IMG/VR virus record: IMGVR_UViG_3300018420_000018
Span: 1-60,935 of that record
Direction: 5' to 3' (one strand)
Source: a virus
Taxonomy: Duplodnaviria > Caudoviricetes
DNA: 60,935 nt
Shown here: one piece after another, positions 18,989 through 28,434 of the stretch
How positions within the stretch are numbered: the first letter of the stretch is position 1
Layout: every line of letters starts with the position of its first letter
Made by a program: the position numbers and the translations under genes
The notes under the pieces: model-generated
What the model saw: the letters and a program-made list of their open reading frames with translations, nothing else
Database searches by the model: none
What the model was told of the DNA's origin: nothing

Positions 18989-20533
18989 TTAATAAAGTGC
19001 TAACGACATTGGTTGATACGAACCTGCAACATAACTTGGGAACGAAGAACTTGGTATAGTCCATGTATAATATTTGGTTCCTGCATATGGGTTTGTACTT
19101 GCAGTTCCTGATGAAAGTGGTAATGTCGTTGTTGTGTTTGGTAAACTCAATACAAAATAAGTTGCACTAGGGAAATCTTGAGCAAAATCATACTGACCAC
19201 TTAAACCAGTTGCCTTATACGTCATTTCTCCAATTGTTAGGGTAGATGTAGATGCACTGCCTGGACTTTGTCTAATAACCCACTCACCAGCACCATATAT
19301 TGATATAGGTGGTGCAGGACTTTGCGGCCATGTTCCTGCGAATCCTAATGGGCCATATCCATAAGGTGCGGCTGGGTATCCTGTTGAAAACCCATACCTT
19401 GCAGTACCAGTATAACTCGAAGGTTCTACATTAGAAGTCACACTATAAGGCCCCCATAGTATTGGGTCGGGATATGGGTAAGTACCAGGCGACCTAAAAC
19501 TATACGTAAATGGTGATTGTGAGTTTGCAGGATATCTTGCATTCGCAGGATACCTTGCGTTATACGTAAATGGTGATTGTGCATTTGCAGGATACCTTGC
19601 ATTTGCAGGATACCTTGCGTTATACGTAAATGGATTCTGACCATTTGCAATGTAAGGTTGTTGTGCAGAAACAGGGTTTCTATACCCTCTTGGTGTTCTT
19701 GCATTCGCAATATAAGGTTGTTGTGCGTTTACTGGATTTCTATACCCTCTTGGTGTTCTAGCGTTTGCAATGTAAGGTTGTTGTGCAGAAACTGGATTTC
19801 TATATCCTGCAGGTTGTCTTGCGTTTGCAATGTAAGGTTGTTGTCCGTTTACTGGATTTCTATATCCTGCAGGTTGTCTTGCGTTTGCAATGTAAGGTGA
19901 TTGTGCATTCGCAATATATGGATACGGTTGCTGTGCATTTGCAATATATGGTGTTTGACTGTTAGCAATATATGGATACGGTTGTTGTGCATTCGCAATA
20001 TATGGGGTCTGACTGTTCGCAATGTATGGATATGGTTGCTGAGCATTAGCGATATATGGCGTTTGACTATTTACTGGATTCCTATATGTACTAGGTTGTC
20101 TTGCTTGTGCAATATAAGGAGTCTGACTATTTACTGGATTCCTATATGTACTTGGTTGTCTTGCATTCGCAATATATGGTGTTTGTGCATTAGCAATATA
20201 AGGGTATGGTTGCTGTGCATTAGCGATATAAGGAGTCTGACTATTCGCAATATAAGGGTACGGTTGTTGAGCGTTTGCGATATAAGGTGTCTGACTATTT
20301 GCGATGTAAGGATATGGTTGTTGAGCGTTTGCAATATATGGGGTCTGACTGTTTGCAATATATGGGTATGGTTGTTGAACAGATTGTTGACCCGATGCAT
20401 TATTCCACCCTGTTGGTGTTTTTACATAAATTTGGTCAACTGCTTTCCATGTTGTAGAACCAGTTTTTACCCACCCACCTTGAGTTGAACTCCAACCCGA
20501 AGGTGTTTTTACTTTTTGTGACCCTGTCGCCAT
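18989..20533 (-). CDS. PYIAN-repeat protein, long partner of pair A: N-terminal adaptor, 294-aa array, C-terminal globular domain
   Basis: Three xVKT..W hairpin motifs at N-terminus, 20 PYIA motifs, C-domain shared with 28435..29715. Confidence 0.85.
   Translation of the reverse strand: MATGSQKVKTPSGWSSTQGGWVKTGSTTWKAVDQIYVKTPTGWNNASGQQSVQQPYPYIANSQTPYIANAQQPYPYIANSQTPYIANAQQPYPYIANSQTPYIANAQQPYPYIANAQTPYIANARQPSTYRNPVNSQTPYIAQARQPSTYRNPVNSQTPYIANAQQPYPYIANSQTPYIANAQQPYPYIANSQTPYIANAQQPYPYIANAQSPYIANARQPAGYRNPVNGQQPYIANARQPAGYRNPVSAQQPYIANARTPRGYRNPVNAQQPYIANARTPRGYRNPVSAQQPYIANGQNPFTYNARYPANARYPANAQSPFTYNARYPANARYPANSQSPFTYSFRSPGTYPYPDPILWGPYSVTSNVEPSSYTGTARYGFSTGYPAAPYGYGPLGFAGTWPQSPAPPISIYGAGEWVIRQSPGSASTSTLTIGEMTYKATGLSGQYDFAQDFPSATYFVLSLPNTTTTLPLSSGTASTNPYAGTKYYTWTIPSSSFPSYVAGSYQPMSLALY
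18990..19474. repeat. Direct repeat copy 1 (about 485 nt) encoding the shared C-terminal domain
   Basis: Aligns with 28436..28923, with identical tracts of about 105, 83 and 61 nt. Confidence 0.95.
19514..20395 (-). repeat. Coding tandem repeat array with 54/60-nt units
   Basis: Units PYIANAQQPYPYIANSQT and PYIANARQPxxYRNPVxxQx. Confidence 0.95.
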
Positions 20534-20569
20534 ATTCTAAATTACCTTAAAAATTTAAGTTATACTCTA

Positions 20570-22741
20570 TTAAGAGTAAAGTACCCATAAATCACCAACT
20601 GCACCATCACCTGCACCAGGCGATGAAGTTGATTGATATATGTTTCTCACATATCCACCTGAGTTCGATGCATTACTTGTTGTAATAGTTCCAAGTGTTG
20701 CGTTTGAACCACTCTCATATTTAGTGTTTAATGCAGTCTGTAATCCATCCACATTTGCAATTGTATGATTATGTGAATCATCTGCAACTGCTGCTGTGAT
20801 TGTAATATTTGATGTACCATTAAATGATGCAGAACCTGAAAGGTCTCCACCCAAACTAATTGTTCTTGCAGTCGTCAACTGAGCAGCACTTGAAGCAGTA
20901 CTTGCATTACCAGTTAATGAACCTTCAAAAGACGATGCTTTTACATTATATGCACCGAATGTCCATTCGTCTTCTGATTCGTCCCATGTTAATGAAACGT
21001 TAGATGATGTTCCTCTTTCTACTTCTATACCTGCATCCTCTGAAGGAGTACCAGTCACATCGTTATTAAGAACAACAATGTTATCAGAAACGTTAAGTGT
21101 TGCAGTGTTTACAGTTGTTGTAGTACCGTTTACAGTCAAGTCACCTGAAAGTGTAAGGTCTCCAAAAGATACATTATCTGATGTACCAACTGACTGACCA
21201 ATACTTACCTGACCTGAACTAATAGAAACACCAGTACCTGCACTAAAATGGGCACGTGTCTCTGATGCACTAGGGCCTGTATATGTGATTACACCAGTAC
21301 CTGAATTATACGCAAGTGAACCATCTCCACCTGCATCCGTGACTGAAACTTTTCCTCTTACTTGTGCATCTGTAATACCTGAGTATGTGATTACACCAGT
21401 TGTAGAGTTATATGAAAGTGTACCGTCTCCTGCAGAATCAGTGACTGAGATAGCACCTCTTGCATCTGAATCTGTATATGTTGTGACTGAGAATGCACCT
21501 GTTGAACTGTTGTATGATAAATCACCACCTGCAGAGAATAAACCTCTTATATCTGAATCAGATAAACCTGCAAGTGTAAGTGTTCCAGCTGCATCGTCAT
21601 ATGTTGATGTAATGTTTGTTCCACCGATAACTAAACCGTTTACGATATCTTCGATTTCTTCTTCTGTTTTACCTGAAGAGTTAATTGTAAGTGTTCCGTT
21701 TGCATCGTCATATGAAGTTGTGATATTTGTACCTGCAGTAATTAATGCATTTACTCTATCGTCAACTCTTTCGTTTGTAAAATATTGATTAGTTGAACCC
21801 TCTCCAACGTCATCTGTATCTAAAACTACTGCACCACCTAGTGATACAGAATTAGAGTTTACAGAGATTGAACTGTTAGAAAGTTTTGCATTTGAAATAG
21901 AACCCGCTAACATAGCGTCTGTAATACCTAATGCTTTTACTTGTAGTGTGTCTGAACTTGTTTCGATTGAACTATCGTCAACATTTACTGCAAGTGATAC
22001 TGCACCTGAAGTTCCACCACCTGATAAACCATCTCCTGCAGTGACACTTTCGATATCACCTGCATCATTAGTGAATGAGATTACACCAGTTGAGGAGTTA
22101 TAGGACAAGTCTCCACTTACTGATATTGCACTTCTTGCTCTTGCAGTTGTATGAAATAAATTTGTTGAACCTTCAGTGATATCATCTGAGTCACCTGAAA
22201 GTTCTGATAATGCATCTTTACTTGCAACTTGTGAATCTACATATGCTTTTACAGATTGTTGTGTTGGAATCTGTGTAGCAGAGTTCGAAGACATATCGTC
22301 TTCGTCTAATACTGCAGTTCCACTTACACCAGTATTTAAAACTGCACTTGTAAGTGTTTTGTTTGTTAATGTTTGTGAACCTGTTAATGTTGCAACAACT
22401 GAAGTATCTACTTCAATATCATCTGCATTTACAGTGATACCTGTACCAGCACCAATATTAAGTGTTGCATCTCCTGAAGTTGCAGTACCTGTTAAACCAT
22501 CACCTGCATTAACACCAGTGATATCACCGACATTACCTGTAATTGTTAATTGGTTGTTTGCATCGTCATATGATAATGAGATACCTGAACCTGCTTGTAA
22601 GAGGTTCGCAACTCTATCGTCTACACTTTCGTCAAGTGCAGAAGCAGATATTGAACCCTGAAATACACCTGCAGAAGTAATGACCTCTGTTCCACCAATG
22701 GAAAGTCCATTCTTAATATTAAAATTCTTTTCTCCTGCCAT
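20570..22741 (-). CDS. Tail-fibre-like virion protein (723 aa)
   Basis: S/T/G/D-rich; repeats D.TEGSTNL.FT, LSYNSSTGVI, YDDA.GTLT; ends with ARTISLGGDLSGS.SF, HNH and GDLWVLYS motifs. Confidence 0.75.
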   Translation of the reverse strand: MAGEKNFNIKNGLSIGGTEVITSAGVFQGSISASALDESVDDRVANLLQAGSGISLSYDDANNQLTITGNVGDITGVNAGDGLTGTATSGDATLNIGAGTGITVNADDIEVDTSVVATLTGSQTLTNKTLTSAVLNTGVSGTAVLDEDDMSSNSATQIPTQQSVKAYVDSQVASKDALSELSGDSDDITEGSTNLFHTTARARSAISVSGDLSYNSSTGVISFTNDAGDIESVTAGDGLSGGGTSGAVSLAVNVDDSSIETSSDTLQVKALGITDAMLAGSISNAKLSNSSISVNSNSVSLGGAVVLDTDDVGEGSTNQYFTNERVDDRVNALITAGTNITTSYDDANGTLTINSSGKTEEEIEDIVNGLVIGGTNITSTYDDAAGTLTLAGLSDSDIRGLFSAGGDLSYNSSTGAFSVTTYTDSDARGAISVTDSAGDGTLSYNSTTGVITYSGITDAQVRGKVSVTDAGGDGSLAYNSGTGVITYTGPSASETRAHFSAGTGVSISSGQVSIGQSVGTSDNVSFGDLTLSGDLTVNGTTTTVNTATLNVSDNIVVLNNDVTGTPSEDAGIEVERGTSSNVSLTWDESEDEWTFGAYNVKASSFEGSLTGNASTASSAAQLTTARTISLGGDLSGSASFNGTSNITITAAVADDSHNHTIANVDGLQTALNTKYESGSNATLGTITTSNASNSGGYVRNIYQSTSSPGAGDGAVGDLWVLYS

Positions 22742-22974
22742 TATAATGTTCCTCCATCAATCTGAACATTATTCAGAGTTTTAGATGATGATGCATCTGC
22801 AAGATGCGTGTCGACTTTTGAAGTCGCAAAATATTGATTAGTTGAACCTTCTGAAATATCATCAGTATCAATCTGCGATAATGCAGAAGCGACAATTTTA
22901 CCTGATGAGTTAATTACTTCGGTGGTTCCTACACTGATTCCATACTCTACTACAAATTTGTTTTGTGTTGCCAT
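22741..22974 (-). CDS. Small fibre-associated protein ending IDGGTL; start probably MATQNKF
   Basis: N-terminus resembles that of 20570..22741 (F.V..G.S.G.TEVI.S.G); AGGA SD upstream. Confidence 0.65.
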   Translation of the reverse strand: MATQNKFVVEYGISVGTTEVINSSGKIVASALSQIDTDDISEGSTNQYFATSKVDTHLADASSSKTLNNVQIDGGTL

Positions 22975-23055
22975 TTTTTCGTGTGTCCTATACTGAAAAA
23001 GTAATTTATACACTACTATTTAGAAGATAGTGTTCTTCAAAATAGTGTTTTTACT

Positions 23056-23802
23056 CTAAACTTTTAATAAATTTCTACTTATTTTAAATACAGTTGAAGA
23101 TGCAGATGCAGGAGTGACTCTCAATCTTACATTTCCTGAGTTTGTGTCAACTGAGAGACTAAAGAGTGACGAATTTGTGTACACATCACCAAATTGTGAG
23201 AAGTATGCATTCGTTGAATTATGTATTAACATCACCTCACATGCATGATAATTACTTCCTTGTGATGCTTGAATCTGATATTTACCACTTCTATAACTTA
23301 AAAGTGGGAATGTATCTAAATCTACTTCAGTCGTTGCAGTTGTTGTTAATGTTTGGTCTGCATCCATTCTTAAATTACTTAAAGATAATGGGCCGACTGC
23401 AGTCAACTGACCTGTTGCTTCTATATCACCAGCTTTAAAGTCTGCATATGCATAACCTGTTCCACTGATATTTACCGTATTGTCTGGCTCGACTTCTAAA
23501 CCGTCAAATAGTTTCCATGTGGAATCTGATGCATCTCTGAATAATCCTGTATATTCACTTGCACCACCATCTGATAAACCGTCATCATAATTTCCATAAA
23601 AACCTATATCTAATAAGTCACTTGAAGTGTTTCCACTTGCAAGTTCCATCATAGAATCAGTGACGGAAACAGTTGTTGAATCAATTGTTAAACTAGTTCC
23701 TTGGACAATTAAGTCCCCAGTCACCGTTAGATTACCATCTACGGTACTCGAAGATAAGGATTGAAACCCTAAATCTGTAAAAAACTTAGTTTTAGTTGCC
23801 AT
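23056..23802 (-). CDS. Virion structural / fibre-associated protein
   Basis: GNLTVTGDLIVQG fibre motif; C-terminal domain paralogous to the next two genes. Confidence 0.7.
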   Translation of the reverse strand: MATKTKFFTDLGFQSLSSSTVDGNLTVTGDLIVQGTSLTIDSTTVSVTDSMMELASGNTSSDLLDIGFYGNYDDGLSDGGASEYTGLFRDASDSTWKLFDGLEVEPDNTVNISGTGYAYADFKAGDIEATGQLTAVGPLSLSNLRMDADQTLTTTATTEVDLDTFPLLSYRSGKYQIQASQGSNYHACEVMLIHNSTNAYFSQFGDVYTNSSLFSLSVDTNSGNVRLRVTPASASSTVFKISRNLLKV

Positions 23803-23807
23803 ATAAC

Positions 23808-23815
23808 TATTTATA
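23808..23815 (-). promoter_or_regulatory. Late promoter 5 nt before ATG 23802
   Basis: TATAAATA-GTTAT-ATG. Confidence 0.75.
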
Positions 23816-23820
23816 CAAAT

Positions 23821-23848
23821 AAAAAAGGGGAGACCGAAGTCTCCCCTT
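23821..23848 (-). terminator. Intrinsic terminator with cUUCGg tetraloop
   Basis: GGGGAGAC-TTCG-GTCTCCCC-TTTTTT on minus strand. Confidence 0.9.
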
Positions 23849-23867
23849 AGTGATTACTTAAAATCGT

Positions 23868-24278
23868 TTAAGCGTCTACTGTTGTTCTATCGAACTTGAT
23901 TACTGTAGATGATGATGAAGCAGGGGTTGCTAATAATCTTAGATTACTCCCACTTATGTCTGCATCAAATGTTGCAAGACTTTTTGATTTTAAAGTACCG
24001 TACTGAGTTAACGTGACTGCAGAACCGTCATGAACAACAACAATTTCTGTAGAGTGGAAATCACTTCCCTCTGACATTGCAACAACATATCTTGCAGCTC
24101 TAAAATCTGCTTTCGCAAATGTATCGAGTGCAAATTCTGTAGTTGAAGTTTTTGTTGCATCACCTGATGTTCTGTCCTTCGATTTGACTTTCTTTGAAGT
24201 CGTAATTTCATCGTTGTCTACATCGAATTGTATTCCACGAATCAACTCAGCGATTTTAAATGCATTAGTTTTCGCCAT
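23868..24278 (-). CDS. Virion structural protein (136 aa)
   Basis: LDTF...RAARYVV....FH..EI.VVHDG....TQYG domain shared with neighbours; GGAG SD. Confidence 0.7.
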   Translation of the reverse strand: MAKTNAFKIAELIRGIQFDVDNDEITTSKKVKSKDRTSGDATKTSTTEFALDTFAKADFRAARYVVAMSEGSDFHSTEIVVVHDGSAVTLTQYGTLKSKSLATFDADISGSNLRLLATPASSSSTVIKFDRTTVDA

Positions 24279-24288
24279 GTTTTACTCC

Positions 24289-25113
24289 TTAAGAAAGTCT
24301 AATTTGGAAGGTTTTAAATGTTGTATTTGTATTCGCAGGTGTAGTTAACAATCTCATGTTTCCACTATCTATATCACTTGAAAGTGAGAATAGAGATGAA
24401 TCTGAGAATGCATCACCGTATTGAACGAAATACGCATTTGAACCGTCATTGATTAATAGTACTTCGGCCGCATGTGTTCCAGCAGTTGCATGAGATGCCA
24501 TTATGACATACTTAATTGCTTTATTACCTGTTGGATTTGAACTTAAGACTTGGTCGGATGTAGTTGCAGTTAATTCACTTGTTGTGAAAAAACCTTGAAC
24601 TAAATTCGATATCGAAGTCTGAGCGACCACCTCTAAAACGTCTCCCGACACTGCATTTGCTTGTAATGTGATTGAACTGGTGGAAGTTCTTGCATAGTCG
24701 TCTCCGACCACAAGTTTAACACCGTTCAAGTAAACCTGTTCTAAACCAAGTGTGTATGATAAGGATGCTCCGTTATCGTCACTACCTGAGAATAGAGTTT
24801 GGTTTCCAGTCACACTGTAAGTAAATGTTGTGACACCAGTTGATGGAGCATCGGTGAAACTTATTGTTCCACTACCATCAGTTGATAACAACTGACCGCT
24901 TGTTCCATCACTAGTTGGGAAAGTAATTGCATCATTAATTGTAAGAGAAGAAGGGTTAGACCCTACTTCTACTACGGCAGCAGACCCATCATTCTTCTCA
25001 GTATAAAACCTACCGTGGTAAGTATTGACCGCTAATTCTCCTAGTGCAAGGTCACCCGTGCCTGGAGCAGCGTTCTGAGTAGAACTTCTTTTAAATTGGA
25101 TTACTGTTGCCAT
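24289..25113 (-). CDS. Fibre-associated protein with Mtd_N-like N-terminus
   Basis: MATVIQFKRS....P..L..GELAVN; FPTSDGTSGQ.L.TDGSG linker; shared C-domain. Confidence 0.7.
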   Translation of the reverse strand: MATVIQFKRSSTQNAAPGTGDLALGELAVNTYHGRFYTEKNDGSAAVVEVGSNPSSLTINDAITFPTSDGTSGQLLSTDGSGTISFTDAPSTGVTTFTYSVTGNQTLFSGSDDNGASLSYTLGLEQVYLNGVKLVVGDDYARTSTSSITLQANAVSGDVLEVVAQTSISNLVQGFFTTSELTATTSDQVLSSNPTGNKAIKYVIMASHATAGTHAAEVLLINDGSNAYFVQYGDAFSDSSLFSLSSDIDSGNMRLLTTPANTNTTFKTFQIRLS

Positions 25114-25152
25114 TTTACTCTCCTATTGAATTGGTTGATTGAACTATTTTAA

Positions 25153-26763
25153 TTAAAATGTTCCACCATCAATAGCTGTGACTGATACAGCACCTGATGT
25201 GACTGTAAAGTTTGAAGAGTCAAATGAAGCAATACCTTTGTTTGATGTTGTTGCATCTTCACCAGCGATTGTCACTGTACCTGAAGAGTATGAAGCGTCC
25301 ATACCTTCACCAGCTGCGACAATAACAGCACCTAAGTTAGCATCTGTACCAACTTCAACTGCGACTGTAATAGCACCATCAGCGTTTGTGATGTCTATTG
25401 CTTCACCAGCAGTTAGAGTTGCAAGTTCCATGTCTCCATTAGAACCATTACCGACTAATAACTCACCAGCAGCAGGAGCAGCACCGTCTACAGAAGTGAT
25501 TGAACCACTTAATGCAAGACCAGTTGCTTCTAATCCACCGAATACAGCACTCATTGCAGTACCAGTAAATGTTGATGAACTATCTGTTGCTGAACTTAAT
25601 GCAACGAACTTACCTGATGAATCATCTAAACCAAAGAAACCAACTTTAGCAGAACCATCGTTATACTTAAATTTAATACCTCTGTCTAAGTTGTCATCTG
25701 AAGCATCATCACCGATTTCAAATACTGGGTCTGCAACTGAAGTAGTTGTAGAGTTTACAGTAGTTGTAGTACCGTTTACAGTTAAGTTTCCTGAAACTGT
25801 TAAGTTTCCTGAAGCAGAAATGTTTGTTGATGTAATATCGTCTGATGTAAGTGTACCGTCAACGTCAACGTTGTTAAATGTCACATTGTCGGATGTTCCA
25901 ACTGACTGACCAATTGCGAAAGTCACAGCTTGGTTAGCTGCAGAAGTTGTCACACCTGTTCCACCAGTGAAAGTGATTGATTGTGAGTCTAAGTCGACTG
26001 CACCTGTTCCACTATCACCTGCGATATCTAAATCTTGAGCAGTGACTTGTGAATCAACATATGCTTTTACAGATTGTTGTGAAGGAACTTTAACTGCAGA
26101 ATCAGAAGTCATATCGTCTTCGTCAACTAAGAAGTCAATTTTTCCTATTGTCACATTACTATCTGCAATCATAGCTGTTTCAACAGCACTGTTTGCGATT
26201 GTGACTGCACCACTTGATGCCATAGTCACGTCACCACTTAATGATACGTTATCAAATGAATCACTTCCATCATGAACAAGTAATTGTCCTGCTGTTGGAG
26301 ATGAAATATCTGAGTCTGTTGCACCTGCAAGTGTTGATGTTGTTGATAAGAAAGATAGGTTTCCTGAACCATCTGTTCCTAATACTTGGTTTGCACTACC
26401 ATCACCTGATGGTAATACGAAGGTCACGTCTGAAGCAAGTGTATCGGGAGCTTTAAGAGCAACGGAGTTTGAACCGTTGTCTGAATCTTCCATTAACTTT
26501 AATGAACCACCTGAAGTTGAACCATTACCGACTTTAAAGTCAGCAGGTGTTGCAGAAGAACCATCTACGATATCCGTGTAATATTTACCACCGACTTCGT
26601 GTATAGCAGCTGCACCTAAAGAGTCAACTGATTCTATATAAAGTTTTGCACTAGCACCATCATTCGACCTATCTTGTACATACGCTAATTCGCCTTCGCT
26701 CAAGTCTGAGACTGTTGGCGCACTCGCTCCTGTACTTCTTTTGATTTGAATTACTGTTGCCAT
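25153..26763 (-). CDS. Fibre-like protein with Mtd_N-like N-terminus, ending IDGGTF
   Basis: [10 protein letters not shown]...P..L.EGELAY; segments homologous to 20570..22741 ([25 protein letters not shown]). Confidence 0.72.
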   Translation of the reverse strand: MATVIQIKRSTGASAPTVSDLSEGELAYVQDRSNDGASAKLYIESVDSLGAAAIHEVGGKYYTDIVDGSSATPADFKVGNGSTSGGSLKLMEDSDNGSNSVALKAPDTLASDVTFVLPSGDGSANQVLGTDGSGNLSFLSTTSTLAGATDSDISSPTAGQLLVHDGSDSFDNVSLSGDVTMASSGAVTIANSAVETAMIADSNVTIGKIDFLVDEDDMTSDSAVKVPSQQSVKAYVDSQVTAQDLDIAGDSGTGAVDLDSQSITFTGGTGVTTSAANQAVTFAIGQSVGTSDNVTFNNVDVDGTLTSDDITSTNISASGNLTVSGNLTVNGTTTTVNSTTTSVADPVFEIGDDASDDNLDRGIKFKYNDGSAKVGFFGLDDSSGKFVALSSATDSSSTFTGTAMSAVFGGLEATGLALSGSITSVDGAAPAAGELLVGNGSNGDMELATLTAGEAIDITNADGAITVAVEVGTDANLGAVIVAAGEGMDASYSSGTVTIAGEDATTSNKGIASFDSSNFTVTSGAVSVTAIDGGTF

Positions 26764-26800
26764 TTTTATTTCCTATAAAAATTAATTAATTAATGTTTAT

Positions 26801-26886
26801 GACCCTACACTATTCGGGTCGTTGATACATAATAAAAAAATTCTATCCTCTCACTATGAGGGTCGATACCTTCACTGGTCGGTATC
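26801..26886 (-). promoter_or_regulatory. Structured 5' leader with three hairpins sharing an AGUG loop motif
   Basis: Stems GATACC/GGTATC, CCTC/GAGG and GACCC/GGGTC between late promoter and SD. Confidence 0.55.
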
Positions 26887-26900
26887 CTTGATATCCTAAT

Positions 26901-26908
26901 TATTTATA
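26901..26908 (-). promoter_or_regulatory. Late promoter about 140 nt upstream of ATG 26763
   Basis: Exact TATAAATA. Confidence 0.7.
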
Positions 26909-26911
26909 AAA

Positions 26912-27160
26912 CTAGAATGTTCCACCATCTATAGAAGTGGTGGTTGTCCATTTGTCTGTTTCTGCATCATAAGATAATAATCCATCGTCTGTTTCAGATG
27001 CATTTACGTCTGCAAGTTCGTTGATAGATTTTGCAGATAAGTTTACACTTGATGAAGTGTTTCCAATTGCAACCTGTTTTGCACGAATATTAGTTGCACC
27101 TGCAATTCTAGCACCTACTGAACCTGTTGCTCTGTTTAATGTTCCTTTAATGTTTGACAT
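26912..27160 (-). CDS. Small fibre-associated protein ending IDGGTF
   Basis: L.DV.....DGLL.YD....KW motif typical of phage fibre repeats. Confidence 0.7.
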   Translation of the reverse strand: MSNIKGTLNRATGSVGARIAGATNIRAKQVAIGNTSSSVNLSAKSINELADVNASETDDGLLSYDAETDKWTTTTSIDGGTF

Positions 27161-27166
27161 AATTCT

Positions 27167-27499
27167 TTACCTCGTCACACCAGGCGTCACTATAGCTTGT
27201 CCTTCTATTACTCTACTAGTGCTTCCACCTGAACTAGTTATATTCAAATCATATACATATCTTCCACCTGATAGACCTGAAGTTTGTGTATCAGTAAGTG
27301 ATAATGTCACTTGACCATTTACCTCTGAAATAGAAGTTGCAAATGTTTCAGATACAGTTGAAGAACTATAAGTTTTTCTAATTTGTGCTGATGCAGTATA
27401 ACCTGATAGGTTTAAAACGTCACCAGCAGAATCAGTCACATCTACTGTAATACTGTAATCTGTTCCTTGGTCTATGTATAAATTTGCAATAATCGCCAT
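27167..27499 (-). CDS. Small virion protein, BppU-like Ig domain
   Basis: NLYIDQGTD, LSGYTASAQIRK, LSLT..QT..L..GRYVYD, RVIEG...V.PGVT. Confidence 0.75.
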   Translation of the reverse strand: MAIIANLYIDQGTDYSITVDVTDSAGDVLNLSGYTASAQIRKTYSSSTVSETFATSISEVNGQVTLSLTDTQTSGLSGGRYVYDLNITSSGGSTSRVIEGQAIVTPGVTR

Positions 27500-27504
27500 A
27501 ATAC

Positions 27505-27512
27505 TATTTATA
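27505..27512 (-). promoter_or_regulatory. Late promoter 5 nt before ATG 27499
   Basis: TATAAATA-GTATT-ATG. Confidence 0.75.
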
Positions 27513-27517
27513 CGGGA

Positions 27518-28426
27518 TTAACCCTTATTAAATTGTGCAGTTGGTACTGATTGGTGAATTTTCTCTAACGTACCACTATCATTTACATAAATTTCTTCCA
27601 CTTTCTCTACTGTTCCATTATTATTTCTAAACACACCTTTTACCTTTGCAATCGGGCCAACTGTTCTAGTTGTTGTGTATGGTTGTTGATACACATAGTT
27701 TTGTTGGAAACTATAAGGTGATTGATAAGGATTCTGATATATACTTGGTTGTCTCGCATTCGCAATATAAGGATTTTGATACGTAAACGGATGTTGATAT
27801 AAACTTGGTGTCCTATTCTGATACGTTTGAGGAGTCCTTAAAGGTGTTGCAAAAGAATATGATGCTTGTCTCTGATAGGTAAAAGGAGTTCGACCTTGTC
27901 TTGAATACGTACTAGGTTGTTGTGCAATAAACGGATACGGTTGTTGTAAATTTGCAATATATGGATATGGTTGTTGTGCATTCGCAATGTATGGATACGG
28001 TGCTTGTGCAATGTATGGATACGGTTGTTGTGCATCAGCAATATACGGATACGGTTGTTGTGCCTGTGCAATAGGTGTAGTTGCAGGTCTCCTTGCAATA
28101 TAAGGATACGGTACTTGTCCTTGATTTATAAACGGATATGGTTGTCTCGCTTGTGCAATATACGGATAACTTGCTTGTGCAGATGCAATGGGTCTTGTTG
28201 CAGGGTTTTGTTTATTTGCTTGATACGAAACTTGTGCAATCGCAGGTTGTCTTGCAGGTTGTTGGAAAGTTGCAATATATGGTTGTTGCGTTGTTGCAGG
28301 GTATTGAACATTAATAGGCTGTCTTCTTATTTCTTGAGTATTGATTGGTTGTTGTGAAGGTTGCCTAAACCCATACGGCACTTGGTAAGTGTATATGTAA
28401 GGTTGTTGTGTTTGTCCTATTGCCAT
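27518..28426 (-). CDS. Pro/Tyr/Gln repeat protein, short partner of pair B
   Basis: Starts MAIG; about 255 aa of degenerate PYPYIA/PFTY repeats; C-terminal VFRNNNGT..IYVNDSGT hairpins. Confidence 0.85.
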   Translation of the reverse strand: MAIGQTQQPYIYTYQVPYGFRQPSQQPINTQEIRRQPINVQYPATTQQPYIATFQQPARQPAIAQVSYQANKQNPATRPIASAQASYPYIAQARQPYPFINQGQVPYPYIARRPATTPIAQAQQPYPYIADAQQPYPYIAQAPYPYIANAQQPYPYIANLQQPYPFIAQQPSTYSRQGRTPFTYQRQASYSFATPLRTPQTYQNRTPSLYQHPFTYQNPYIANARQPSIYQNPYQSPYSFQQNYVYQQPYTTTRTVGPIAKVKGVFRNNNGTVEKVEEIYVNDSGTLEKIHQSVPTAQFNKG

Positions 28427-28434
28427 ATCTTATC

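Noticed and set aside
17752-20395. CRISPR array
   Set aside because: Units are in-frame multiples of three with synonymous variation and no unique spacers; no cas genes.
17745-20488. Alternative-frame and antisense ORFs over the repeat arrays (Cys/Ile- or His-rich)
   Set aside because: By-products of repeated sequence lacking stops; no SD or promoter support.
17689-20533. Multi-core RiPP precursor peptides processed by the adjacent enzymes
   Set aside because: No leader/core or protease-site pattern, no peptidase or exporter nearby; the mirrored register and fibre context fit a structural role better, though this is not formally excluded.
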